A DNA stretch of 64,000 nt, from NCBI GenBank assembly GCA_951406725.2, contig OX597814.1, positions 2,604,001 through 2,668,000 of the forward strand, in the 5' to 3' direction. The notes below the pieces were generated by a model. It was given only the letters and a program-made list of their open reading frames with translations. It was not told the DNA's origin and ran no database searches. The first letter of the stretch is position 1, and each line of letters begins with the position of its first letter. The DNA comes from Octopus vulgaris. Lineage: Eukaryota. This document shows positions 1 to 13,398 of this stretch, piece by piece. The position numbers and the translations under genes are program-made.

Positions 1-237
1 TAAAAGAATATTGTTTCTAAATATATATATATATATTAAAAGAATATTGTTTCTAAATATATATATATATATACATATACTTTTGCTTGTATATTTTGTC
101 CCTCTGTCTTATCTCATGGTACGATATGAACACTTAACGTGGTTTTTATAGTCAGAATTTCGACTGCTATTTCGGCATGTTGGTGTCTCGCAGACACCCT
201 CATTTTTAATTGTTATATATATATATATATATATATA

Positions 238-433
238 TGTAGGTCCCGGGTTGATTCGGGGTTAACCACAGTAAGTAAGGTACTCAATACATAGCAGAGT
301 AAAATTAATTTATTATATAGAAGGAGCTTCTACAGGACTAGAACTGTTTCATTCAAGAGAAATCTTCAGGAAGCTTCCTGAAGATTTCTCTTGAATGAAA
401 CAGTACTAGTCCTGTAGAAGCTCCTTCTATATA

Positions 434-439
<6 letters not shown>
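238..439. mobile_element. Penelope-type non-autonomous fragment with inverted duplication
   Basis: 308-439 is a palindrome with one mismatch centred on AAGCTT (371-376); element flanked by (TA)n on both sides; contains HHR motifs. Confidence 0.6.
372..422 (+). ncRNA. Minimal type I hammerhead ribozyme motif (right arm of a 132-bp palindrome; mirror copy on minus strand 325-375)
   Basis: AGCTTC-CTGAAGA-tttctcttgaat-GAAA-CAG tactagtc CTG-TA-GAAGCT: 6-bp stem I, CUGANGA and GAAA core boxes, stem III with palindromic ACTAGT loop, GUA cleavage triplet; stem II weak. Confidence 0.75.
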
Positions 440-470
<31 letters not shown>

Positions 471-569
471 AAACTTTTTATAATTATGAGTATAATTACA
501 ATTAGGGTTCAGAAAAAATTTGCTTCGCCAATTATTAATTATTAATTAATTAACTAATTTTACCCTTTA

Positions 570-588
570 TTATTATTATTATTATTAA

Positions 589-646
<58 letters not shown>

Positions 647-710
647 TTATATTTATATATATATGTGTGTGTGTGTGTGTGTATATACAGAGTGTGAGAG
701 AGAGAGACAG
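570..710. repeat. Compound microsatellite (ATT)n/(TA)n/(GT)n/(GA)n
   Basis: Directly visible. Confidence 0.95.
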
Positions 711-844
711 AAAAGCAGAGAGAAAATGACCAAGGGTGAAGAAAAAAGAGAAGGACGAAAGAAAGATACGATATCACGATTATGTTGTGTAAAGATTTCA
801 GCTGTTGACCAAATCAGCGACTATGTATATGAATTTATATGTTC

Positions 845-1253
845 TTCACTCTCCGACTGTCGTGACACTCCGTCGGTTACGACGTCGACGAGGGCTCCAG
901 TTGGTCTAATCAATGGAACAACTTGCTCTGCGCAAGTGCAAATTATCGTGCAAGTGGCTGAGCACTCCACAGACACGTGTATCCTTAACGTAGTTCTCGG
1001 GGAGATTCAGCGTGACACAGAGTATGACAAGGCTGGCCCCTTTGAAATACAGGTACAACAGAAAGAGGAAGAAAGAGTGAGAGAAATTTGTGATGAAAGA
1101 GTACAGCAGGGTTCGCCACCACCCACTGCCGGAACCTCGGGGTGCTTTAGGTGTTTTCACTTAATAAACACTCACAACGTCCGGTCTAGGAATCGAAACC
1201 GCGATCCTATGACCGCGAGTTCGCTGTCCTAATCACTGGGCCATTCCGCCTTC
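845..1253 (-). mobile_element. tRNA-derived SINE (family D)
   Basis: Minus strand starts GAAGGCGGAATGGCCCAGTGATTAGG (A-box like) ... GTTTCGATTCC (B-box like), followed by about 330 bp of non-coding body. Confidence 0.65.
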
Positions 1254-1454
1254 ACGTCTTCAACTGTAATTAAAATGGAAATATGCATTCGCTATATTTT
1301 GTCTAATCAAAATCTTGAAGGAAAACTCTAGTCTTCAAATTCTTGTTGCCATTTTGTTGTGCCAAAGTGATTGTTAGGTTTCAGCAAGGCAATATCTAAA
1401 TACATCGACTTCACTGCAAAGATGTTTAAGATATCTTTTTCTCTTTATCTTATA

Positions 1455-1652
1455 ATCTTTTATTTGTTTCAGTCATTAGACCGCGGCCATGCTGGGGCAA
1501 TGCATTGAAGAATTTTTAGCCGAACGGTTCGATCCTAGTACATATTTTCCTTTAGAATCTGGTACTTGTTCTATCGGTTCTTTTGCCGATCCGTTAACTA
1601 ATATGGACGCAAACACACCAACACCGGTTGCCACGTGATGGTTTGGAAAAAC

Positions 1653-1703
<51 letters not shown>

Positions 1704-1893
1704 AACACACACACACACACACATGTATACAACGTGTTTCTTTTAGTTTCTGCCGACCAAACCCTCTCACAAGGTTATGGTCGGCCCGCAGCTATAGTAG
1801 AAGACACATTCAGAAATTTTCGCGCACCAGAATTGAAATCGGAATCCTGCCGTTGTGAAGCAAGCTTCTTACCACAAAGCCAAGCCTGCGCCT
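1455..1893 (-). mobile_element. tRNA-derived SINE family A with internal (CA)n tract
   Basis: Reverse complement matches copies at 26095, 35893 and 61736 (head GGCGCAGG..TGTGGTAAG, tail CCAGCATGGCCGC..GACTGAAAC). Confidence 0.85.
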
Positions 1894-1938
1894 CTTTGTT
1901 TAGTTTCTTTGAAATCATTATCGTACCCACGATACTAT

Positions 1939-1982
<44 letters not shown>

Positions 1983-2245
1983 CTTTAAGAAGAATAGTAT
2001 TGATAATGACTGCGAAGTTTTGGCTAACTGAGCAATCATTGGAGAAGCTGAAACTTCGATGTCACTGTCAATAATATTGTTGATAAAAGAAAATGAATTT
2101 GTACTCTACCATATATAAGGAGTTATATATAGGGATGTATATAATTATTGAGTATCCTTCAGCTTTATGAAAAGTTGTTTTTATAACATAAAAACATACT
2201 ATATATACGTATGTATGTATATGTATATATATTTTTGTGTATATA

Positions 2246-2286
<41 letters not shown>

Positions 2287-2832
2287 TATATGTGCGTGTG
2301 TATGTATGTATGTATATATATATATATATTTGTACATATATATACATACACATACATACATGTATATATATACGCACAAATATAGAAATATATATGTGTG
2401 CATGCCCACTCACACACACACATATATATGTACACTAATTTTGGGGCAGAAATGTATGTATATGTGTGTGTATATGAATGTTTCCTTCTTTGTTTCCGGT
2501 TTCAGTCATTCGACTACGGCCATGCTGGGGCGCCGTGAAGGGTTTTACTGAGACGAATTTCCACCTCTCCACCACCCTCGTACTTATATTATTTCGAAGT
2601 AAACTTCTTACTACACAGCCACGCCTGTGCCTGTATATTCTTGCATGCGATCTTACCTTTATGTATATATATATTTTATTATGGATGCTGCAAAAACATC
2701 ACGTGACAATTTTACAGCTTTGATAATACATCTTATTACTCTACATCAGGTATTCGAGTACTATTTCATCCCATCTTTTTTCACATCCATGAGCTTGCAC
2801 TCGTATATAATGCATATGTATGTGTGTGTATA

Positions 2833-2875
<43 letters not shown>

Positions 2876-3068
2876 GTATGTATATATATATATATATATA
2901 AATATATTCTATAAATTTGAACTATATATTCATATATATACGTGTGTGTATGTATATATATGAATAGATATATATACATATATATATGTATTTATATATA
3001 TGTATATATATATGTATATATATGTATATATATATATATATAAATATGTATATATACACACACAAATT

Positions 3069-3121
<53 letters not shown>

Positions 3122-3134
3122 GCGTATATATAAA

Positions 3135-3310
3135 CAGATAAACTTCGATATGTTTGGAGCCGAGACTGGTCCAGGCCATGTCTAACTTAATAGAACCAAC
3201 TGATAGGATTATCTAAATCCTTTTTAAGTCAAATTTTTTGGTATCATGGCTCATTCAAGTAGAGAGCTCTTGTTGAGTGAGTTGTATCCAGGTATATTTG
3301 GCTTATCTTG
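3135..3310 (-). mobile_element. CR1/L2-type LINE 3' end fragment
   Basis: Minus strand [19 protein letters not shown] resembles PYKPPTPGYVSVSNNSLREW at 47700; both share tail CTATTAAGTTAGACATRGCCTG. Confidence 0.65.
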
Positions 3311-3387
3311 TGTGTGTGTATATATAAATATATATATATACATATATATATAAATGTATGTATGTGTTTGTGTGTACATACATATAC

Positions 3388-3466
<79 letters not shown>

Positions 3467-4144
3467 TATATACTCTTTTACTCTTTTACTTGTTTCAGCC
3501 ATATATATATATATATAAGAATAAATGCTTAAAAGTGAATATTAACAAAACTTACCCAACAAGGCGGTCAGCAAAATAAAAAAAAAAGGAATGACGTCAT
3601 ATCGCCATATTTCTTATATCGTCTGCCTTTGTTTAATCGGCGCTCAAACAGCAACAATCTCATCTTTGTTCCTAACATGCAATATTCAGAACGTATTTAT
3701 CCGGCACCTTCATCTTCAAACATTTTAGTTGCTAAATATAGAAGATCGAACTAAAAACTCTTGTATTACTCTTGACTACATTGAGACTTCATATTCTTAA
3801 TCTATTGTTACGTGCGACCGTTGCTTTCATATTTTCTTGTATAAGTTTATAACTAAACGAAGCCACAACCCTGTAACTACATACAGTCTTTAGCTTAGAC
3901 GTAAACCAGACCATCTTTTCTTTCGGCTGTTATCTTATATCAGAAGCAAGAAGAATACAACAGATACGATACTTTGCTAATATTTTCACCTTGTTTATTA
4001 CCTTCGCTTTTCATAAACAATATTTGTTCTTCCTTTCATACTTTGTTTACTCCCTCCCTTCAGATACATATGTGTGTTTGTATGTGTGTGTGTTTGTGCA
4101 GATACACACGTATTTGTCTTAATATACGTGCAAATACACACACA

Positions 4145-4191
<47 letters not shown>

Positions 4192-4424
4192 TACATACCT
4201 GTAAATTAATATACATACATACATGTGATATATAACAAACTACTCCCTCATCTACATTTTTCTGCATACCTTCTTCTACCTGTGTTTCACGCTTTCTTTC
4301 GTTTCTCTTTCATTTTTCTTTCGTTATTGTATTTCGTTGTTCTCGCTTTCTTTTGTTCTCCTGTTCAAAACGTGTCTCTGAATTTCCTCGCCTGTTGCCA
4401 CTCCTTTGAGAACTTCGACGTGTA

Positions 4425-5250
<826 letters not shown>

Positions 5251-5485
5251 ACCCATGAGATAATAAACTATAACATTATACATATGTGTGTGTATGTGTC
5301 TAAATAGCAACAATGGGTTGGTGTAAACGAAATGCTAAGGATATATTGAATGACAGCTAGTTCAACAGTTAACATTTTATAGATCTATCTATCTACCTCT
5401 CTATGAATATATATATATACATTATATATACATTATATATATATATATATATATATATATTACACGTATATGTGTGTATATGTAT

Positions 5486-5532
<47 letters not shown>

Positions 5533-5568
5533 TATATGTATATACACGTATATGTGTGTATATGTATC

Positions 5569-5619
<51 letters not shown>

Positions 5620-5696
5620 GGAGTATATATGAACATATACGGCAACATAAATGCATATATACTCCATATATACATATATATATATATATATGCACA

Positions 5697-5735
<39 letters not shown>

Positions 5736-5848
5736 CATGAAGCTATCACTGTATTTATCTTTACATAGATCCATATCTTTATACGTACATGCGACTTTTT
5801 ATGTATGTATCTCTGTTTGTGTGTGTGTTAGAGAGAGAGAGAGGGGGG

Positions 5849-5891
<43 letters not shown>

Positions 5892-6740
5892 AACGAGAGA
5901 GAGAGAGAGAGAGAGAGAAGGGAGCTATAACCTGACATATACTAAAATAAAACAGTGCATATAAAAACAGTCTTCTTTCTGAAATCATATAACGTCTTCA
6001 TTCCATTTTCCTTTGTTTAATTGTTTGTTTAATTCCACCCCCCCCCCCACCCCCCACTCTTCTCCGTTGTTGTTGTTTTTTTTTTTTTTTTTACTAGTTC
6101 TCGATTTTATTTCACAGTCAACTGGGGAGTTGTCTCCTACTCTGGAGTCCATTAAAACTCTGAATGTCTCCCATCAATCTCGACATATATATATACCGCT
6201 CGTTATCAGATCTAACTTTTGATAGCGTGCTCAACCGAGCGGAATACACTAAATATGGACCCAGCTTTCTCTATCTCTATCAGTTATCTTCATGTAAAAC
6301 TATCAATCTATATGTATGCGTTCACATCTATTAATACATATACACATGTATAGATCATTATACATATATATACATGCACACACATACATATATATACTTA
6401 TATATATATACTTATATATATGCTCATATACATATATACACATATCATACTCATATATACATATATATGTATAGAAAGACTGACGTTGAACAAATTTCGC
6501 TTGTACTTTACGGTTTGTGTGGCTCATGTGTATTGTTCGTATGTGAATAGGTTTTCAACGTTGATATTGCTAAATGTAACCTTCGGCATTAACGTTGGTC
6601 AAATGTGTTCGATAAAGAAGGTATAGCGTCCTCTGTAAAACCTCTCCAATTAAGGTTCCCAAACACCTCTTCCAGCCCCTCACATCCCCTGTATCTCTCC
6701 CTATGTCTTTCTGCGCATATACAATATGTTCCCTTAATGA

Positions 6741-6971
6741 AAGGCGGCGAGCTGGCAGAAACGTTGGCACGCCGGGCGAAATGCGTAGCCGTATTTCGTC
6801 TGCCACTGCGTTCTGAGTTCAAATTCCGCCGAGGTAAACTTTGCCTGTCATCCTTTCTGGGTCGATTAAATAACTATCAGTTACGCACTGGGGTAGATAT
6901 AATCGACTTAATCCGTTTCTTTGTCCTTGTTTGTCTCTTCTGTGTTTAGCCCCTTGTGGGCAATAAAGAAA
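6741..6971 (+). mobile_element. tRNA-derived SINE family B with 24-bp target-site duplication
   Basis: AAGGCGGCGAGCTGGCAGAA head, GAGTTCAAATTCC B box; flanked by ATATACAATATGYTCCCTTARTGA at 6717-6740 and 6972-6995. Confidence 0.9.
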
Positions 6972-7530
6972 ATATACAATATGCTCCCTTAGTGATGTAT
7001 ATGTAGTTAATATATATATATATGTGTGTGTGTGGCTGCCTGTGTATGTATAAATATGCATTACCTATACGCTCAAACACACGCACGCACGCACACACAC
7101 GCACACACACACACATGCACTCATGCACACACATATTCACACATGTGTATGTATCATTAACCCGTGTAGCCTGGCGGTTTGATATTTGGGTCACGATCAT
7201 AAGTTTCTGGGTTCGATATCTGCACAGACAGAGCCTATTATCTGTTCGAAATGATCCAGTCACATTGCTCACGTCTGTTCAGGATATAAAAGTGCCGGCT
7301 GAGGGTTGGGCAAACTCTGTCTCACTCGCGTTGGTCCTTTCTGGATTTCTGGATCTTTTCCTGGGTGAAGAATGGGAAACCAACAAAAGAGACTTTGTAT
7401 GGTTGATACAGCAACAGCACTTAAAGCAATTGACAAAGATATCATTTTAAGTTATCTAAACATTTTTTCCATTTAACAACCACGGTTAGTCTATATGTGT
7501 GTGTATATATGCATGTATCTGTATATATGC

Positions 7531-7576
<46 letters not shown>

Positions 7577-8418
7577 AAAGTAAGAAGAAAAGCCAGTGAA
7601 CAGCAATGACGAGACCGGTTTGACTTTGAATCTCTTTAACAAGTCAAAATAATGAATTTACCTCGCCTTAATTGTACTTCAGTTCATATAATTTTATTTA
7701 TTTATCGCTACTTTTCATAAAACAAAGCCATTATCTTTTTTTTTGATATCCAATGTGCAATTTCGCTTTTTTTCTTCTTACTTTCCCCATATCTTTTCCA
7801 CCTGTAGTTTCTATTTTCTTTTTGAAACATATTTCTATTGTATATATATATATATATAAAAGAAAGGTTGAGTTCTGTTAGAGTATTTTTGCTTTGGTGG
7901 GGTCCAAAGTTATATTTCTAATAAAGATTCTTCATATTAAAATAATAGCTTACTAATGTAAGTATTTATTTTTAAAAATATGAAAATTTAACAAGTATAT
8001 ACGTAATTAAATTAATTACGTATTACCATTATCCTCAGTGCAAAAGATGGAGAAAACATGAGGAAAGGTAGTAGAGGAAGAATATTACAGGAGAACGCAT
8101 TGAGCCTTCGTTGCATAACTCAGTTGGATATTTATAAATTGATAGTGAAAGATGAAATATAAGAACATTTTTCGGTGGTGTTGAGTCTAGACTATACAAC
8201 TAGATTCAACACTAGACTCAAGGTAATTAAATTAATTTAATTTACTCATAATTATAATTAATTTAATTTTTTCCATGTTTCTTACGTATTGGTGTTATCA
8301 TTTGAAACGATCGTGTGCATGGACTAAAATTTTATAAAACTTTGAACATCTCTTCTCCATCTTTAATTGTTAGTAGAGTTTATATAGGATTATATCCTAT
8401 AAATGCCATAATACACCT

Positions 8419-8478
<60 letters not shown>

Positions 8479-8691
8479 ACACTATGTTTCCTTTTACTAT
8501 GGGGAATCGTTCTTCAATAAAATTTGTCCGATTTTCTTTAAATTTTTACGGGATTACGTGGGATTATGTATCCCATGTCTCGTACTTTTTGTCTAAATCG
8601 AAATGAAGAAAAACCAAGTTTATAGGGTGTTTCTTTTTATTATGTAAATCAACAAGATACTGCTTTCCTCTATAAGATATATGATTTTGAA

Positions 8692-9350
8692 ATGTGTCAA
8701 AGTAAAGATATAACATCAAAGGAGAAGAAAGAAATAGTGAAAATACTGGGAGAAAGGGATACAACAATTGTAATTTCTAAAAGCTAAACAGAGATCACAG
8801 AACAATGGAAAAAAACAGGTACAAAACATTGAGAGAGTAAGAATAAGGAATAAAACAGATTTCAAGAATATCACAAATAGAGATAAGATAAAACTCGAAA
8901 GAATTATGTGTAAGAAAACTGGGTTAACCAGAAAGCAAATCTTTAGAGAAGCAGGAATCTTTAACATACAAAAGAAAAGATGTTGCACAATGGGCAAAGA
9001 CCTAAATTTCGCAAAGTAGCCTCCTTTAAATAAAGTATACAAAAAAGAAAAAGTGACGTGGGTAAAAAGATATATGAAGGCAGACTTTAGAAATGTTACC
9101 GATGAGTGCAGAGCAACATTAGATGGACCTGATGGATAGGCAAGAGGCTGGGTATTACATGGGAAAATGATTAAGAAGAATCAGGGTGGGGGACGAATCA
9201 TGATTTGGGATGGTATAGTTGGAGGAGATATTATAGGTCCATTTAAGGTTGTTGATGGAGCCAGAATAAATGCTGAAAATTATTGCAAATTTCTGAGATG
9301 ACAACATCTTCCATTGGCACAAGTCAACATCGTGAAGTTTCAAGTTAAAA
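8692..9350 (+). pseudogene. Degenerate Tc1/IS630-family transposase (N-terminus to mid catalytic domain)
   Basis: MCQSKDITSKEKKEIV..LNRDHRT; DECRATLDGPDG*ARGWV; IMIWDGIVGGDIIGPFKVVDGARINAENYCKFL; stops and frameshifts. Confidence 0.85.
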
Positions 9351-9545
9351 GAGAAAGAAAAACGGTTTCTTTACAATTCCTGTCCAGATGCGTATAGTTC
9401 TCTTTTTTTCAATTCCACTCTCATGCACTGGTCACTTCACCTTCAACGGCTTGTTGCAATCGGAAGAAATTCTTTGGGTTCAATTTTTTTGGTATTATTT
9501 TTTTTTGTACTTGTTTCAGTCATTTGACTGCGGCTATGCTGAAGC

Positions 9546-9592
<47 letters not shown>

Positions 9593-9688
9593 ATAAAACG
9601 GTAAGATAACAAAAGAAAGAAAGAGACCTCAATATTATGTAAATAGAGGAAATTTATCTATACAATATGTTACATTACTCGGTAGTCA

Positions 9689-9751
9689 AGATAAAACTCT
9701 GAGTTTCAGATGCCGAAGTGGAAATCCACAACACCATCTCATCGGTTATCT
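9689..9751 (-). ncRNA. Hammerhead ribozyme motif in Penelope 3' pLTR (CCGAUGA core variant)
   Basis: AGATAA-CCGATGA-GATG..GTGGA tt TCCAC..CATC-T-GAAA-CTCAGAG-TT-TTATCT; perfect 6-bp stem I, long stem II. Confidence 0.75.
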
Positions 9752-9944
9752 GGCTATTTGAAAACGTTATGAAAAATACCGTTAAAAATGAAGGGAAATT
9801 ACTCTGTTATAACTCTGCTTTGCCTGCGTACTTATACATCGCTCGCATTTTTCGTCATAAAAATTATATAAAAATACATAAAAATATATAAAAATATATA
9901 AAAATATATAAAATCTTCTTGGGACATAACACAGAAAGCATGTT

Positions 9945-10880
9945 CTATCCGTTTTCTTTAGGGGACCAAAAACGTAACAGAAATTTAGTCACATGTGGGC
10001 ATGATCCGAAAAGCTCTGTCCTTGTATTTAGACATGTGGTAGGGTCTAAGCTGCTTTTCCAGATAAGCCATCTCTCCATGTCGCATAAACCGCACCTTCC
10101 GCTGCCGTTAGTATAGGGCTTACATCTGGCCAAAATCTTCCATTGTATGTTATAATCGACACCTTTATCTCTTAAAGACCAAATATGATTGGATAATTGT
10201 GTCGCTTTTCTTTTGTTCCAGTGCCTAAAGCTCAAAGTGTGGTTATTGAACCTGGCCTTGAAATTACCCTCTGTCAGGCCCACGTATTTCTTCGTCGAAA
10301 CGGTGTCTTTAGTGGTTATAGAGTTTACGGTAGCTTCATATATGATGGTCTTGGACATGCAAGCTCCATTTAGCGGGCACAATTCTTTATTCCTGCATGA
10401 ACAGCTGTTTTCTTCTTGTGTTTTTTGTATGTTATGATTGATTATGTTTTTAAAATTGGTAGTTGAACTAAAACTAATTTTTAAATTGTGTCTATTGAAG
10501 AGTTTCCTATAAGCATGGTTAACTGGAAAATGTCTATCTATCAGTGCTAGGAAATATTTACCTATATTGAAGGCCACCTCGGGTGAGTAAGGGGGCGTAA
10601 ACCAGATGACCTTCCTATTTCTATTATTCCTTTTCCTTATTGTTGGGCTGGTGATAGGTGTATATTTTATTTTTTCGCTAAAACCACTATCTTTTAAAGC
10701 TTTATTATAAACTGGGGCAACGCTATTGAAGATGTCCTCATTAGATGAGAGGCTAGAAATCCTCTTACTAATATTTTTAACTAAATTTTTGAATACTATA
10801 GGGGGATGGCATGAACCTACATTAATATAACTTAGTCTATCATTGGGCTTCCTATAAGGCTTATAAATATTATTATTAAG
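9945..10880 (-). pseudogene. Penelope-like RT thumb, Cys-rich linker and GIY-YIG endonuclease
   Basis: Frame is open from 10880: LNNNIYKPYRKPN..SCHPP..KVIWFTPPYS..CSCRNKELCPLNGAC..IIYEATV..KYVGLTEGNFKARFNNH..CGLCDMER..ELFGSCPH. Confidence 0.9.
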
Positions 10881-11133
10881 ATGGGTTCATATGATGGGGC
10901 AGGCATCTGTGATCTAATTGGACTCTTTCTCCAGGATCCCTTCGGTAAGACATTCCCTAACGTACATTTCGCCATCTACAAAGATGATGCCCTCGCCTTA
11001 ACAGCTAATACAAATGGACCAGCACAAGATCGTTTTAGGAAGGATATTATCCAGTTAATGAAACACTTCGGACTTAGTATAACTATAGACACTAACCTGA
11101 CGGTTGTCAATTTCTTAGACGTTTCCTTAGATC
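10881..11133 (+). pseudogene. Penelope-like reverse transcriptase core (inverted segment)
   Basis: MGSYDGAGICDLIGLFL..IYKDDALA..VVNFLDVSLD: catalytic YxDD and FLD motifs of PLE RT. Confidence 0.9.
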
Positions 11134-12224
11134 CTTTAATATTCAAATTTAATCTTTAAATGCAATATTTTAAGAAACAATTTTCTTGTTCTGTATTTTA
11201 GCAGAATATAAGTTGTAATGTCGGTGGGTTCACTTAAGAAATCACTGTTATTTTTCTGATGGTCCAGTTATGACCAGCGAGAAAATTTCATTGGTTTTTT
11301 TTCTGAGATGACATCTGCAACTCGTGTTTGAAGAGGTGTATGGTGTTGTTGTACAGAAATTTGGAGTTGAGGTTTCGAGTCTGGTCGTTTTTCGTGGAAC
11401 AATTGAATTTCTCTTTCTAGAGTGTTATTATAGGATATTTAGTGGTGGTTTGTATTTTTTTTTAATGAGCTGCCTTCCTTATTCAGTCGCAGTTAGGTTG
11501 AAGTGTTTCCTGTGCATTAATTCAGCGGGAAAATTTGATATTTCGGTTTTATGTCTGCGGGGCATTGATCTAAGTATTTGATTACGGAAAGTCTCCATTT
11601 TTTGACAAGTCAGGTTGTATATATATATTACCGTAATACTGACGAAGGAGGTCAGTATTATGGTAATGTTTTTATGCATCCTCTATTGATTGCACATCTT
11701 TGAATTTTTATCCACTCCGTCTGTCAAATACAAACAACTATTTCGTAGTCCCGAGACCCCAGAAACAGACGTAGGCCTTAAAATACCATGTCTTCCCCCC
11801 CTTAGTTTTCTGTATTCTCATTTTTTAAATATATATCTCAATGCTTATACGCGAGTGCTCATCTGCTGAACATTTTTCAGTGTTTGTTTCTTTTCTATAT
11901 GTCTGATTTATATGCGTTTATGTATATATGTATGTTTTATATATAAATCCTAAACGTGTTTTTCTGCATAACTCTCTCTCTCTTCCTGTATGTGTGTGTA
12001 TGTGTGTGTGTGTGTGTGTAATGACAATTATCAAAGAATGAAACTAGATCTTTTTAATACTTCATTTACAATCGTTTGATCATTAACCAGTAAATTGAAT
12101 CTTACGTAATGCAAGATGTCATATATGTGTGTTTGCGTGTGTTGTGTGTGTATGTGTGTGTATGTGTGTGTATGTGTGTGTATGTGTGTGTATACATATA
12201 TATATATATATATATAGAACATGC

Positions 12225-12381
12225 TTCTTCTTTCAGTTTCCATCTACCAAATCGACTTACAAGGCTTCGGTCGGCTTGGGACTACAGCAGAAGAAACTTG
12301 CCCAAAGTACCACGCCGTGGAACTGAACCTAGTACCATGAGCTGGAGAAGCGAGATTGTTACCACACAGCTACGCCTGCAT
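12225..12381 (-). mobile_element. SINE family A 5' half
   Basis: Matches head region of copies at 26095 and 61736. Confidence 0.8.
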
Positions 12382-12729
12382 CTATATATGTGTTTAATTA
12401 TATCATAATGTTTTTAACCCAATATTTAGATGCTGTTATTTATAACCTTATCTACTTCGAGTTCTTCAATTAAAAGGTGAATAATATATAACTACACACA
12501 CGCCCACACACCTCACACACGCAGTTACCATTACTATTATCATTGTCCTTATGATAATTATCACTTCCGTATTTTCGATCTATACCAACATAGCAAAACC
12601 ACAACATAGCAAAACTACAATGCAACCACCGCAGCTCTTGTCTCCTCAGGTGAAAACCTTTAAAGTATTTAATTAACTTAAATGACGTCGTTACCTTGTC
12701 ACAGAGCGTCCGCCCTACCTGTCATGATG

Positions 12730-13337
12730 GCGTCTGATGATAGTAACAGTAGCTTAGGTGATGCTGGTAGTAGTTATGAAAGTAATTGTGATAGCAGGGC
12801 TGGTAATGGAGGAGGGATCATATCGATAGTGGTTGTATTGGTAGTTTTGACAATGGTGCTAGTAGTCGCTGTGGTGGTGATGGTACTAGTGGTGGTGACA
12901 ATGTTGTTCTTGTTGTGGCTAGTGGTGGTGGTGGTGGTGGTGGAAATGGTGCTGCTAGTAGTTGTGCTGGTGGTGGTAGTTGTGGTGATAGTGACAGAGG
13001 TAACGGTGGTTGTGATGGTAGTAATGGCATTAGTATTAATAATTATGGGGTAGTGGAGAGTAGTTTAGTTATGGTGGCGGTGGCGGTGATGGTGGTGGTT
13101 ATGATGGTGGCGATATTAGTGGATAAAACTGAGGGAGGGTGTAGTTATGGGATCATGGTGGTTGTGGTATTCGTCGTGCTGGTTGCCATACTGGTTGTGG
13201 AAGATATTATTATTATTGTTGTTGTTGTTATCATTATCATTATCATTATCATGATTATTGTTATTATTTTTTATCATTATTAATATTATTATTATTGTTA
13301 TTATTGTTGTTGTTATTATCCTTATTATTATTATTAA

Positions 13338-13384
<47 letters not shown>

Positions 13385-13398
13385 TCACTATTATTATT
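12730..13398. repeat. Degenerate (GGT/AGT/GAT)n grading into (ATT)n
   Basis: Directly visible trinucleotide periodicity. Confidence 0.9.

Larger units (their letters stand above)
9591..11133 (-). mobile_element. Penelope-like retroelement, 5'-truncated with inverted 5' segment
   Basis: GIY-YIG ORF on minus strand, RT core on plus strand, HHR in the 3' non-coding region, (TA)n at the 3' flank. Confidence 0.9.

Noticed and set aside
1-72. 36-bp tandem duplication at window start
   Set aside because: Ordinary slippage next to (TA)n; truncated by the window edge
663-1232. 189-aa ORF
   Set aside because: Spans microsatellite and the antisense of a SINE; no recognisable motif
6070-6220. Possible exon after a polypyrimidine tract and CAG
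   Set aside because: No convincing donor or coding signal
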